A stretch of DNA of 63,440 nucleotides, filler included, from 7 parts of 7 records of this genome joined end to end with filler, not necessarily neighbours in it; one strand, 5' to 3'; shown: positions 21,031 to 31,433, numbered from the whole stretch's first letter. Program-made: numbers and translations. The notes: generated from the sequence alone by a model not told the origin.

Positions 21031-23010
21031 ATGAGATATTTTAATTTTTTGTTTTTCTTTTTAGTATTATGTCTTGGAGTGGCAAATGCTCAAGTTGAAC
21101 AAGAATCTAATGTTGTTAAGGATACTACAATTGTTCTTACTAAAAAGGAAAATCCAACTAAAAAGAAAGGTGATGATTTTCCTATTGAAGATTATAAAAT
21201 AATCTCCTATGCAAGAGATACTACCACTTTTGATACAACCCTAACCATTTATAAGGAATACAAATATAATTACCTTAGAAAAGACGATTTTGAGTTGCTC
21301 CCTTTTGCAAATGTTGGTCAGACATACAATATATTAGGGGCAGCTACCAAGGAGAAGAGTTTCTATCCAAGAATGGGAGAAGAAGCTAAGCATAATAATT
21401 ATATGGAAGTTAGTGATATTGATTATTACCGAGTGCCAACTCCTACTACAGAGCTTTTTTATAAAACAGTAATGGAGCAAGGGCAAATTCTAGATGCATT
21501 AATTACCTTAAATACCTCTCCACAGCTAAATATGTCTATTGCCTATAAAGGGATGCGCTCTTTAGGGAAATATCAACATATTTTATCAAGTACTGGAAAT
21601 TTTAGATTTACAACTAATTATCAAACTAAAAGTGGACGTTATTTATTGAGAGGCCATTATACTTCTCAAGATATTTTAAATGAAGAAAATGGCGGACTGG
21701 GAGTTCCAGAGCAGTTTACTTCTGGAGACGATGAGTTTACAGATCGTTCTAGAATTGATGTAAGATTTGAAGATGCAGAAAACTTCTTATTAGGGAAAAG
21801 ATATTTTTTGGACCATGAGTTTTTTCTGTTTAAAGAAAAAGATTCTTTAAGAAATTACGGACTTTCCGTTGGACATCAATTAAATTATGAAACTAAAACG
21901 TACGAATTTAGACAGACTACAGCTAATTCATATTTTGGGGAATCTTACCAAGCATCTAATTTAGAGGATAGAGCTAAGCTAAAAACTTTTAACAATCAGC
22001 TTAATTTAAATTATAATAATAAAATAATAGGGCAAGCAACTTTCCTAGTAAACTATTATAAATACAATTATTATTTTAATAGTTTGGTGGTAAACGACAG
22101 CGCTACAATTACAAATCAACTACGAGATAATGAAATCTCCATTGGAGGAAAATTTAAAAAGCAAATTGGAGGTTTTTCTTTAGGGGGAGATTTTACGCAG
22201 AATATTGTAGGAGACTTAGGTGGAACTACATTTAATGCTGAAATGAATTACCAAATTACCGATGATATTGATGTAGATGCTAGTTTACATGCTTCGTCTC
22301 GTATGCCAAACTTTAATTTTTTATTGTATCAAAGTGATTATAAAGATTATAATTGGCAAAATACTGACACTTTTGAAAAGCAAAAATTAAGCACCATTCA
22401 AGGAACTCTTAATTCTAAAAAGTGGGGAAGTCTTAGTGTTGCTTATACTGTAAGAGATAAATATGCCTATTTTGAAGAAAATTTAGATACTGGAGATTCA
22501 ATTTCTTCTGTTTTAGATGATGTACAAAGGGTTACGCCAACTCAATTTGATGGTTCTATAAATTCAATAAAAGTAAAATTGAGTAACGATTTACATTTTT
22601 TGCGTAAATGGGGACTAGCAAATACAATTATGTATCAAAATGTGAGTCAGAGTGAAGACATTATTAATGTACCGCAAATTGTAACGAGAAACACACTTTA
22701 TTACTCAAATCATCTTTTCAAGAAAGCTCTTTATTTACAGGTAGGAGTTACTGCCAAATATTTTAGTGAATATTATATGAATTCATACAGTCCTGTTCTT
22801 GGGGAATTATTAATTCAGAATAGAGAAAAAATAGGAGGGTATCCAATGATGGATTTCTTTATAAATGCAAAAGTTCGTCGTACTCGTATTTATTTAAAAG
22901 CAGAACATTTTAACTCTCCCTTTGGAGATAATAATTATTATACAGCGCCAAATTATCCGTATCGAGATTTTATCGTTCGTTTTGGAGTGGTTTGGAATTT
23001 CTTTACATAA
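21031..23010 (+). CDS. Putative porin (Bacteroidota Porin_10-like)
   Basis: Signal peptide; PTPTTEL; C-terminal IGGYP..DFFINAK...YP.RDF..RFG..WNFF pattern. Confidence 0.8.
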   Translation: MRYFNFLFFFLVLCLGVANAQVEQESNVVKDTTIVLTKKENPTKKKGDDFPIEDYKIISYARDTTTFDTTLTIYKEYKYNYLRKDDFELLPFANVGQTYNILGAATKEKSFYPRMGEEAKHNNYMEVSDIDYYRVPTPTTELFYKTVMEQGQILDALITLNTSPQLNMSIAYKGMRSLGKYQHILSSTGNFRFTTNYQTKSGRYLLRGHYTSQDILNEENGGLGVPEQFTSGDDEFTDRSRIDVRFEDAENFLLGKRYFLDHEFFLFKEKDSLRNYGLSVGHQLNYETKTYEFRQTTANSYFGESYQASNLEDRAKLKTFNNQLNLNYNNKIIGQATFLVNYYKYNYYFNSLVVNDSATITNQLRDNEISIGGKFKKQIGGFSLGGDFTQNIVGDLGGTTFNAEMNYQITDDIDVDASLHASSRMPNFNFLLYQSDYKDYNWQNTDTFEKQKLSTIQGTLNSKKWGSLSVAYTVRDKYAYFEENLDTGDSISSVLDDVQRVTPTQFDGSINSIKVKLSNDLHFLRKWGLANTIMYQNVSQSEDIINVPQIVTRNTLYYSNHLFKKALYLQVGVTAKYFSEYYMNSYSPVLGELLIQNREKIGGYPMMDFFINAKVRRTRIYLKAEHFNSPFGDNNYYTAPNYPYRDFIVRFGVVWNFFT

Positions 23011-23069
23011 AAGCTGTTTTTTAAGGAGACGCATAACTTTAGTGCGTATAACTTTTTAATTGAATTGAA

Positions 23070-24158
23070 ATGACGATAGATAATTTTTCAAAGGATTTTC
23101 CTTTAATTAGTCAATATACTTATGCTAATACGGCAGCTTCCGGACTTATGTATGAAAGTTTGATGGAATGGCGACAAGGACATGATATTGATTTCCTTAT
23201 TGGAGGGAGTAAGTTTAGAGAGTCTTTAGATGTTCAGCTTGCTGAAATTCGTACTGCAGTTGCCAGTTTTTTCGATTCAGAGTTTGAAAATACACTTTTA
23301 ACACCAAATTTTTCTTTTGCACTAAAAGTATTTGTCAATGGAATTGATAAAGACAAAAGTGTATTGCTTTTGGAAGACGATTATCCCTCTGTAAATTGGC
23401 CTTTTAGTAGCAGTGGTTTTAAATCTGTTTCTTTTGCTGAAGTAAATCAGCATTTAGAGCAAAATATAAAAGAAGCATTTGCAAAGCAGCAACCAGATAT
23501 TTTTGCATTTAGTATTGTTCAATATCTAAATGGAATCAAATTAGATTTAAATTTTATAAAAGATCTAAAGAAAGAATATCCTGATACTATTTTTGTTGCA
23601 GATGGAACTCAATATAGCGGTACCGAGAAATTTTCTTTTAAAGAATCTGGGATTGATGTTTTTGGTGGTAGCGGTTATAAATGGATGTTGTCAGGTTATG
23701 GAAATGGTTATATGCTCTTTAATAAAGAAATAGTTTCTCAACTATATCCTGTTTCAGTAGAATTTGAACCGCAAAAAGAAGCTTTTCAGAAGGGGAAAAA
23801 TCATTTAATGTGTCATTTTGAACCTGGACATATAGACACCTTAAACTTTGGAAGTTTATTATATTCTATAGAACAATTTAATGAAATTGGAATGGATGCT
23901 ATTGAAGCTCATTTAGCGTCATTGGCAAAACATGCTAAAGAAAAATTTACTGCTTTAGAGTTGCTTTCGGAAACAGTTACAGAGAGAAAAGAACATTCTA
24001 CAATTTTTAATTTAAAGGTTACTCCTAAAATAATGGAGGCTTTAAAAGAGAGAAATGTGTTGTTTTCCTTACGTGGTTCTGGAATAAGAGTAAGTTTTCA
24101 TATTTACAATACAATAAAGGATATTGATAAAATAGCAAACATCCTTAAACATAAATAG
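23070..24158 (+). CDS. Class-V PLP-dependent enzyme (cysteine desulfurase/C-S lyase-like)
   Basis: YANTAASG, DGTQ, SGYKWM (PLP Lys), FEPG, IRVSFH.YNT motifs. Confidence 0.88.
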   Translation: MTIDNFSKDFPLISQYTYANTAASGLMYESLMEWRQGHDIDFLIGGSKFRESLDVQLAEIRTAVASFFDSEFENTLLTPNFSFALKVFVNGIDKDKSVLLLEDDYPSVNWPFSSSGFKSVSFAEVNQHLEQNIKEAFAKQQPDIFAFSIVQYLNGIKLDLNFIKDLKKEYPDTIFVADGTQYSGTEKFSFKESGIDVFGGSGYKWMLSGYGNGYMLFNKEIVSQLYPVSVEFEPQKEAFQKGKNHLMCHFEPGHIDTLNFGSLLYSIEQFNEIGMDAIEAHLASLAKHAKEKFTALELLSETVTERKEHSTIFNLKVTPKIMEALKERNVLFSLRGSGIRVSFHIYNTIKDIDKIANILKHK

Positions 24159-24310
24159 TTCTTTTTCTTTATTTTTATAAAGTAAATTTTACATATTTCA
24201 TTATTTCGTTAAGACTGTTTTATTAAAACGATAAATGTTTGGATGCTAGTTGTTTATTATGATTTAAATGTATTCTTTTGATACAAATTAATCATTAAAT
24301 TTTATCAACT

Positions 24311-24607
24311 ATGTCAATTTCAAAACAATATTTAAAGTCTAGACCAGTTTGTAAGGTAACTTTTGTAGTTTCTGCAGCAGAAGCAAATGAGGTGGTAGTT
24401 GTAGGAGATTTTAACGAATGGAATCCAGAAGCAACAGCCTTAAAAAAACTAAAAAACGGTAATTTTAAAGGTACATGTGAAATTCCAAAAGATAACTCCT
24501 ACGAATTCCGATATATTATAGATGGAAATTACACAAACGAACAAGAAGCAGATGGATTTCAATGGAATGATTTTGCTGGTACAGAAAACGCTATTTTATA
24601 CGTATAA
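24311..24607 (+). CDS. Isoamylase early-set/CBM48-like single-domain protein
   Basis: VVGDFNEW and YEFRYIIDG motifs. Confidence 0.85.
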   Translation: MSISKQYLKSRPVCKVTFVVSAAEANEVVVVGDFNEWNPEATALKKLKNGNFKGTCEIPKDNSYEFRYIIDGNYTNEQEADGFQWNDFAGTENAILYV

Positions 24608-24770
24608 ATAAACTACCTTAAAATCCTGTCTAAGCAAAAGGCTCAAGTCAAAAAGTTGTGGGATTTTAAAGATTGGAGGGTAAACCCACAAAATAAATTT
24701 AATTCATTTGGAAGCAGTGTTCTTTAATGAGTAAGGATACTACTTAAGAGCTTGAAATCTCTTTGAAGAG

Positions 24771-25541
24771 TTAAATACGTTTTATTAGAATAGTACTAAA
24801 ATCTATATAGAAATTTTCAATGGTGTTTAAATCGTAATTATCTTCCACGGAAATAATAGCACCATTCCAATTTCCTAATACCCAATTCCCATTTTTTAAA
24901 TTGGGTAATTGAGCGTAATTAATAGTGTTGTTGCTCCAAGCATACGCATAGTAATATGGAAGTTTGTTGACCTCCGTATCTGCAATAGCGTATCCTAAAC
25001 CTATACCTTTTTCTTTATCAATATTTATAAGCATTCCTGTGTCAAAATGGTGTGGCCAAACATATATTGTGGTGGCATTATTATAGTTACTTTTTAGTTT
25101 TTCTAAGGCACGCTGTGCTATATTGCGTTCTTCTATTAACTGAAAAATAATTTTTTCATCATCAGTATCTAAAGCAACAAACGTATCAAAGTCTGTTTCT
25201 AGTTTAAATCCTAAGTTATAATGGAAGTTACCTGCCGATAATCCGTAATCTGAAATAGTTTCGCGGATCCAAGAATCAATACCGCTGTGAGTAAGACCAA
25301 GTAAATCGAGTTCTTTATATTCACTTTCTCGATAGATTCTCAATACTATATCTTTGTAATTTAACTCAATATAAAAATCTTTTACTTTTTGAGATTGGAG
25401 AGCACTTTTTTCAATGGACCATGTAAGTGCAGACTGACTATCATCTTCTTTTTTAGTAAGAAAACTGTTGGAAAAAGCAGCTAGGTATTGAGATAAATGA
25501 TGAAATTTGTTTTGAATAGTATTTATGTGGAATTGATCCAT
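24771..25541 (-). CDS. Hypothetical protein, third gene of egtB-egtD unit
   Basis: 256-aa ORF 4 nt after egtD stop; WPHHFD and PYYYAY.W motifs. Confidence 0.7.
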   Translation of the reverse strand: MDQFHINTIQNKFHHLSQYLAAFSNSFLTKKEDDSQSALTWSIEKSALQSQKVKDFYIELNYKDIVLRIYRESEYKELDLLGLTHSGIDSWIRETISDYGLSAGNFHYNLGFKLETDFDTFVALDTDDEKIIFQLIEERNIAQRALEKLKSNYNNATTIYVWPHHFDTGMLINIDKEKGIGLGYAIADTEVNKLPYYYAYAWSNNTINYAQLPNLKNGNWVLGNWNGAIISVEDNYDLNTIENFYIDFSTILIKRI

Positions 25542-25545
25542 AGTT

Positions 25546-26505
25546 TTATGCTTTTATGGTTAGTAAGAAATCTTTAAAAAGATTTTCAGAATCGACATAT
25601 TTATCTATAACTTTTAAATTAGCTTGCTCGGCAAGCCAATTTACAGTAAGATCATCATATTTTTGAGAAATCTCTGTATGGATGGTTTCCCATGCTTTAA
25701 AATTTATTTCTAAATCTATTTTCTGAAGCCTAACTTTTAAATCTTCTTTTGCAACTAAATAGCTTTTTGCAGTCCCAGTCTCAGGGTCGTAAGTTTCCCA
25801 ATGTGAGAATTTATCAAGATCAAAATCAGCATTCATTTCTCTGTTTATCCGCAACAATAAATTCTTATTAAAAGCTTCAGTTATTCCAGTTTTATCACTG
25901 TAAGCATCTATAATTTGTTGAGGGTTTTTCTTCATATCAAACCCCATAAATAGCAAATCTCCTTTATTCATGCTTGCTTGAATATTTTGTAAGAATTCAA
26001 TAGCTTTTTCATGTACCAAGTTCCCAATGTTTGATCCTAAAACTAAAATCACTTTTTTACGACTCTTATATTCAGCTAAACGATTTAAAACTTTAAAATA
26101 CATTCCTTCTTGTGGAATTACTTTTAAATTTGGGAGTTCATTTTCTAGAGATTCTTTTAATTCTTTTAACGCATACTTGCTAATATCAATGGGTTGATAA
26201 GAGAAATTAAATTTATTTTCATTTAAATAACGTAACAGAACTTTTGTTTTTTTGCCATCTCCAGCTCCTAATTCTATTATATCAAAACCATTTTCATCAT
26301 TAAAAGCTGCGGCTATTTTTTCAGTATAACTTTCAATAATACTGTATTCTGCATCTGTTAAATAATATTCTGGCATATTCATTATCTGCTGAAATATTTT
26401 ATCCCCTTTTTCATCATAAAAATATTTAGAAGATAACTTTTTAGGATATGAGGTTAGACCCTTGTAAACGTCTTCTTCAAAGGCATTTGTATATATTGTT
26501 GGCAT
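25546..26505 (-). CDS. egtD: L-histidine N-alpha-trimethyltransferase
   Basis: K.LSSKYFYD..G..IFQQI..MPEYYLT, ELGAG.G.KT, LGSNIGN, IHTEISQKY motifs. Confidence 0.93.
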   Translation of the reverse strand: MPTIYTNAFEEDVYKGLTSYPKKLSSKYFYDEKGDKIFQQIMNMPEYYLTDAEYSIIESYTEKIAAAFNDENGFDIIELGAGDGKKTKVLLRYLNENKFNFSYQPIDISKYALKELKESLENELPNLKVIPQEGMYFKVLNRLAEYKSRKKVILVLGSNIGNLVHEKAIEFLQNIQASMNKGDLLFMGFDMKKNPQQIIDAYSDKTGITEAFNKNLLLRINREMNADFDLDKFSHWETYDPETGTAKSYLVAKEDLKVRLQKIDLEINFKAWETIHTEISQKYDDLTVNWLAEQANLKVIDKYVDSENLFKDFLLTIKA

Positions 26506-26523
26506 AGTTTTTCTAGATATAGT

Positions 26524-27687
26524 TTATCTTTTGGCAAGTCTAATTCCAGTAAATTGCCATCTTAAATGCGGATGAAAAAAGTTTCGATATGTATAACGAG
26601 TATGATCTTTGGAAGTTACCACAGATCCACCTCTAAGTACTTTTTGATTTACCATAAACTTGCCATTATACTCGCCTAAAGCTCCTGCTGCTTTTTTGTA
26701 GTAAGGATAGGGGAGGTAGGCACTTTCTGTCCACTCCCATCGTTTCCCCCAGTCAAAATAATCTTGAGCAACCTCCCATTCAAATTCTGTTGGCAAGCGT
26801 AATCCTCTCCATTCAGCATATGCAAAAGCTTCATAGTAAGAAACGTGTGTTATGGGAGCTTCAAGGTTAATTGGTTTTAATCCTTTAAAGGTGTATTGAT
26901 GCCATTCGTTATCAATTTTATGCCAATATAGAGGTGCTTTTATAGTGTTAGCTCGAATCCAATCCCAGCCTTCGGCATGCCAAAAATTAAAGTTGTTATA
27001 GCCACCATCATTTATAAATTCAAGGTATTCTTCGTTGGTAATAAGTTTGTTTGAGATTTTATAGTTATGGAGAAAAACCTTATGTTTTCCTAATTCATTA
27101 TCAAAACAAAAATCGTTTGTAGCGTGACCAATTTCATAAGTGCCTTCTGGAATTTTAATCCACTTAGATTTCTGTTTTTCAATTAGATTTTCTTCAAAAG
27201 TTTCAGAATAATGTGGTAAAAGCGGATTGTTTCCTAAAATATACTTTATATCTGTAAACAGTAATTCCTGATGTTGTTTTTCATGATGAATTCCTATGGT
27301 TACCAAACTGCTAATCTCTTCTGTTAGATTATCATCTAAAAATTCAGAGAGACAATTGGTAACATAATCTCGATATTTATAAACCTCTTCTACAGATGGA
27401 CGTGTAAGATTGCCACGGTCTGTTCTTAAAATTTTATCACCTACACTTTCGTAATAGCTGTTAAATATATAGCTAAATTGCGAATCAAATTCTTTATAAT
27501 CAGGATTGTATTGTTTTAAAATAAACTCTTCAAAAAACCATGTTGTATGTCCTAAATGCCATTTTGGAGGAGATACATTTTCAATAGGTTGCACAACATA
27601 ATCTTCTTGAGTTAATGGTGCACAAATTTCTTCCGTAGCGATTCTTGTTTGAAGAAAATTGCTAATAATTTCATTGGTTATTAACAT
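26524..27687 (-). CDS. egtB: Ergothioneine sulfoxide synthase
   Basis: SPPKWHLGHTTWFFE, FNSYY, HEKQHQEL (Fe-binding) and C-terminal FGE-like domain. Confidence 0.94.
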   Translation of the reverse strand: MLITNEIISNFLQTRIATEEICAPLTQEDYVVQPIENVSPPKWHLGHTTWFFEEFILKQYNPDYKEFDSQFSYIFNSYYESVGDKILRTDRGNLTRPSVEEVYKYRDYVTNCLSEFLDDNLTEEISSLVTIGIHHEKQHQELLFTDIKYILGNNPLLPHYSETFEENLIEKQKSKWIKIPEGTYEIGHATNDFCFDNELGKHKVFLHNYKISNKLITNEEYLEFINDGGYNNFNFWHAEGWDWIRANTIKAPLYWHKIDNEWHQYTFKGLKPINLEAPITHVSYYEAFAYAEWRGLRLPTEFEWEVAQDYFDWGKRWEWTESAYLPYPYYKKAAGALGEYNGKFMVNQKVLRGGSVVTSKDHTRYTYRNFFHPHLRWQFTGIRLAKR

Positions 27688-27810
27688 TTAGTAACTTTTT
27701 CCTTTGTTTTTTTATTAAAAATAAGGATTTTAACGTATGCATTGCAAGATGCTTAGTTAAAAGTTGTTAAAAACCAATTTAACGATTAAAAAATGAATGT
27801 AATTTAAGAA

Positions 27811-28635
27811 TTACACCGCAACAGCTCCTTTAATATGCGGATGGTGCTCGTAATTTTCTAAAGTAAAATCTTCAAACTTAAAGCTAAAAATATCTTTTAC
27901 TTCGGGGTTAAGCTTCATTGTAGGCAAGGGTTTTGGCTCTCTAGATAGCTGTAATTCCAATTGCTCTAAATGGTTGTTGTAGATATGAGCATCTCCAAAA
28001 GTATGGATAAAATCGCCAGCTTTATAACCACAAACTTGTGCCATCATCATTGTAAATAAAGCATAAGAAGCTATGTTGAAGGGCACCCCTAAAAAGATAT
28101 CGGCACTTCGTTGGTATAATTGGCAAGAAAGTTTTCCATCGGCAACATAAAACTGAAAAAAAGCATGGCAGGGAGGTAAAGCCGCCTTTCCATTAGCAAC
28201 ATTTTCAGAAAACGAAACAGAAGTATCTGGCAAAACACTTGGGTTCCAAGCGGAAACTAACATCCTTCTACTATTTGGATTGTTTTTTAAAGTCTCCACA
28301 ACCTCCTTTATTTGGTCTATTTCTTCACTGTTCCAATTTCTCCATTGATGACCGTAAACGGGACCTAAATCTCCATTTTCGTCTGCCCATTCGTTCCAAA
28401 TACGTACCCCATTATCTTGTAAGTATTTTACATTTGTATCGCCATTTAGAAACCATAACAGTTCATAAATAATAGATTTTAAATGCAGTTTTTTGGTTGT
28501 TACCATAGGGAAACCTTCACTTAAATCGAAACGCATTTGGTAGCCAAAAACACTTTTGGTTCCCGTTCCTGTTCTATCTCCTTTTTCATTTCCGTTTGCT
28601 AATACGTGCTTAACAAGGTCGTGGTACTGCTTCAT
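27811..28635 (-). CDS. thyA: Thymidylate synthase
   Basis: DRTGTG, LGPVYG.QWR, LPPCH, YQRSAD.FLGVPFN motifs. Confidence 0.98.
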   Translation of the reverse strand: MKQYHDLVKHVLANGNEKGDRTGTGTKSVFGYQMRFDLSEGFPMVTTKKLHLKSIIYELLWFLNGDTNVKYLQDNGVRIWNEWADENGDLGPVYGHQWRNWNSEEIDQIKEVVETLKNNPNSRRMLVSAWNPSVLPDTSVSFSENVANGKAALPPCHAFFQFYVADGKLSCQLYQRSADIFLGVPFNIASYALFTMMMAQVCGYKAGDFIHTFGDAHIYNNHLEQLELQLSREPKPLPTMKLNPEVKDIFSFKFEDFTLENYEHHPHIKGAVAV

Positions 28636-28664
28636 TTGTTATATAATCTAAGTGAGAATTTTCT

Positions 28665-28735
28665 GGGCGTTCCCCAACAAAAAGGTTGGGGCGGGCTTTT
28701 CGCGGTACACGGTACCTTGCTTCAATCCCTAACGC
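28665..28735 (+). ncRNA. Flavo-1-like structured RNA / intergenic repeat
   Basis: GGGCGTT...CGGGCTTT...CAATCCCTAACGC ends; closing GCGTT/AACGC stem with internal hairpins CCCCAAC/GTTGGGG and GGTAC/GTACC; family match from memory. Confidence 0.55.
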
Positions 28736-28867
28736 AAACTTTTACGAAAATAGAAAAAGCCTCTCAATAATTAATGTAGGAACTTCTTAATTTATTAAAA
28801 GGTTATTAACGGTTTTGGGTCTTGAGATTAATGAGCCAGAAGTCGGTCCTGAGTTTTTTCGTACTTT

Positions 28868-29023
28868 GGACTTTGCAGCTCTACAAATTCGCAATTTCGC
28901 CTCTTAAAGAGTTACGATTTTACAAGGTTACGTTGTTACGAAGAAAGAAATCGCTAACTGAGTACTGAACACTCCTGACTTAGGACTTTGCAACTCTACA
29001 AATTCGCAATTTCACTTCTTAAA
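28868..29023 (+). repeat. Imperfect 41-nt direct repeat, 115-nt period
   Basis: 28868-28908 vs 28983-29023, 38/41 identical by eye. Confidence 0.8.
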
Positions 29024-29111
29024 AAAGCTATGAAGTTACGTTGTCATGAAGAAGTATACAGAGCACTACCTACTGAATTTGCCTCTTTACCTCTTTACAA
29101 CACATTTGGAC

Positions 29112-29252
29112 TTACCCAATAATCATTCCTGCAATTGTGGCCGATAATAATGAGGCTATAGAACCTCCAATAACGGCTTTCATTCCAAATTCTGATAAAT
29201 TTTTACGTTGCCCTGGTGCTAATGAACCAATTCCGCCAATTTGAATTCCAAT
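29112..29252 (-). CDS. Na+/nucleoside cotransporter (NupC/CNT family), C-terminal fragment
   Basis: Manual translation IGIQIGGIGSLAPGQRKNLSEFGMKAVIGGSIASLLSATIAGMIIG*. Confidence 0.88.
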   Translation of the reverse strand: MGIQIGGIGSLAPGQRKNLSEFGMKAVIGGSIASLLSATIAGMIIG

Positions 29253-29253
29253 A

Positions 29254-29353
29254 NNNNNNNNNNNNNNNNNNNNNNNNNNNNNNNNNNNNNNNNNNNNTTA
29301 ATTAATTAANNNNNNNNNNNNNNNNNNNNNNNNNNNNNNNNNNNNNNNNNNNN
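29254..29353. other. Artificial contig linker
   Basis: N-run/TTAATTAATTAA/N-run. Confidence 0.99.
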
Positions 29354-29355
29354 GC

Positions 29356-29436
29356 ACACACAGTGCCAACGGCATTACTGACAACGATTGGGCTTGTGCC
29401 GCCAAACTTGATGATGCGCTGAAACACATTGGCTAA
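29356..29436 (+). CDS. Pterin-4-alpha-carbinolamine dehydratase, C-terminal fragment
   Basis: Manual translation THSANGITDNDWACAAKLDDALKHIG*. Confidence 0.75.
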   Translation, partial: THSANGITDNDWACAAKLDDALKHIG

Positions 29437-30421
29437 TTCATCCCTTAACAAAGTGCGCCCTACTTACAAGGGCAAACAAACCGGCAACCACGGTAAAAAT
29501 TCGGGCAATCCGGGTTTGCTGCAAGCCTTGGTGGTGGCCAGCTATGGGCGTCACTTTTTGGCGCGAGACGACACCGGCACCATTTGGCAGGTGTATGGCA
29601 AAGGCAAGCGGCGCGAAGTGGCCGTGGGTGATGAAATCGTTATTTTGCCCAGTGGCGACATGCAAGCCTGGGTGGAAGACATTCAACCCCGCAAGAACCT
29701 GGTGTATCGATCCGATGCACTGAAAAGCAAAATGTTTGCCGCAAACCTGGATGGTGTGCTGCTGATGCTGGCCATCAGCCCGCCTTACTCGCCCGAATTA
29801 TTGGGCCGCACGCTGACAGCCTGCAAACACGCCGGGGTGCCGCTGACTATCCTGTTCAACAAAGTGGACATTCTGGAAGGCGATGCTGAAACACTGGATG
29901 CTGTTGAGCAGGAATTGTTTGAAATCACCCTGGGCGATGTACCCACGCACTACATCAGCGTGACCGAGCGGCCCGATGAAACCGAAACGCTGCTGCGCCC
30001 ATTGCTTGAGGGCAAACGCACGCTAATTCTGGGACAGTCGGGCATGGGAAAATCAACCCTGATCAACTTGTTGATTCCGGGTGCCCTGGCCGCCACGAAT
30101 GAAATTTCAATGGCGCTGAATGCTGGCAAGCACACCACCACACACACCCAAATGCACTTTGGTGAACGGGGTTTGGAGTTGATTGATTCACCTGGCTTTC
30201 AGGCTTTTGGTTTGCATCATCTTTCTGAAGTGGATTTGCTGAATGCCTTCACCGACATTCGCGATGAAGGCAACAAATGCCGCTTTGCCAATTGCCAGCA
30301 CAAACGCGAACCAGATTGCGCAGTGAAGAACGGGCTTGAAGGCGGCACACTAAGCCCCGCCCGTTACGACCTGTACCAAATGTTGAAAGCCGAGTTGCAA
30401 GAAGCAAGCCAGAATTATTAA
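29429..30421 (+). CDS. rsgA: Ribosome small subunit-dependent GTPase A
   Basis: NKVD, GQSGMGKST, GKHTTT, DSPG and C-terminal CRFANCQH..EPDC zinc motif. Confidence 0.96.
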   Translation: MANSSLNKVRPTYKGKQTGNHGKNSGNPGLLQALVVASYGRHFLARDDTGTIWQVYGKGKRREVAVGDEIVILPSGDMQAWVEDIQPRKNLVYRSDALKSKMFAANLDGVLLMLAISPPYSPELLGRTLTACKHAGVPLTILFNKVDILEGDAETLDAVEQELFEITLGDVPTHYISVTERPDETETLLRPLLEGKRTLILGQSGMGKSTLINLLIPGALAATNEISMALNAGKHTTTHTQMHFGERGLELIDSPGFQAFGLHHLSEVDLLNAFTDIRDEGNKCRFANCQHKREPDCAVKNGLEGGTLSPARYDLYQMLKAELQEASQNY

Positions 30422-30432
30422 GCAAAGAACAT

Positions 30433-31428
30433 TTACAACACACTGCTGGGCAGCCAACCCAACAATGCAAACACCAAGGCCACCAACAACCACACCACGG
30501 CACACTTGAAAACAAGTTGACGAAACTGCTGCAACGCCTGGACCTGAGTTTCTTCACTCAACAACTGGCCATCCGTGGCCGCTTTGGAAGAAGGATCGAA
30601 CGCGGCCCCACCCACCAAGCCCACTGCCGTGAAAAACACTGCGGTCAACGGTGCACGGTTTGAAAAGCGGCTGTGGTTTTTTGCCGTACGCCAAGCCAAT
30701 GCTGCATCGTCGAGCTGCGACACCAAACCCACGGTCAAGGCCAGCAAACGTGCGGGAAGCCATTCCATGGCAAACAACACAAAACGAGGGCTACACATCG
30801 CTTTCAACCGATTGCTTTCCCAAGCCTCCTGGATTGAAGGCCGCTCGTGCGCGAAAGCCTGTGCCTGCCAAACATCGCGCTCGCGAATCACGCTCCAGTG
30901 AGCCATCATGTACACCACCAAACCCATGGGCCCCGGCAGCAACAGGAACCAGAAAAACAGGCTGAAATACTGACGCAAAGCACGCTCAGTGCCGTGGTAG
31001 ATGGAGTGAAAGACCAGTTCGCCCGGGCGGTGAATTACGGGTTCTGTGCCATCGTATTCTTTCATCCAGGTCAACAGCAATTCACGGGCACGGAAAAAAT
31101 CGCCCTGATTCAAAAACAGCTGTGCATTGGTAAACACCACAGCAAAGTGGCGAAAACGCAGACCATACAACAACAAAAATACACTAAGAGAACCAGCCGC
31201 CAAAGGTGATATTACCCACAACACCTGGTACAGAAAGTACACGCCCAACACCCAGATCAGCAGCGGCACCCACCACTGCAAATGCGCATAGCGCGGAGCA
31301 CCCAGGGCTTCGAGATTGATCTCCAGTTCTTGGTTAAAACGGTCCACCCAACCACGTGCACGGGTAAACAATCCATCGGGCAAGAAGGTTTCACACACCA
31401 CAGCAACGAGCAGGGCCAGATAAGACAC
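30433..31428 (-). CDS. CobD/CbiB/AmpE-like membrane protein
   Basis: Multiple TM helices; FFWF.LLPGP.G...Y and EWLPARL motifs; GTG start inferred just after NUDIX stop. Confidence 0.75.
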   Translation of the reverse strand: MSYLALLVAVVCETFLPDGLFTRARGWVDRFNQELEINLEALGAPRYAHLQWWVPLLIWVLGVYFLYQVLWVISPLAAGSLSVFLLLYGLRFRHFAVVFTNAQLFLNQGDFFRARELLLTWMKEYDGTEPVIHRPGELVFHSIYHGTERALRQYFSLFFWFLLLPGPMGLVVYMMAHWSVIRERDVWQAQAFAHERPSIQEAWESNRLKAMCSPRFVLFAMEWLPARLLALTVGLVSQLDDAALAWRTAKNHSRFSNRAPLTAVFFTAVGLVGGAAFDPSSKAATDGQLLSEETQVQALQQFRQLVFKCAVVWLLVALVFALLGWLPSSVL

Positions 31429-31433
31429 GTGTT

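Noticed and set aside
26524-27687. Selenoneine (SenA) or ovothiol (OvoA) synthase
   Set aside because: No senB/selD neighbours and no C-terminal methyltransferase domain; egtD is adjacent
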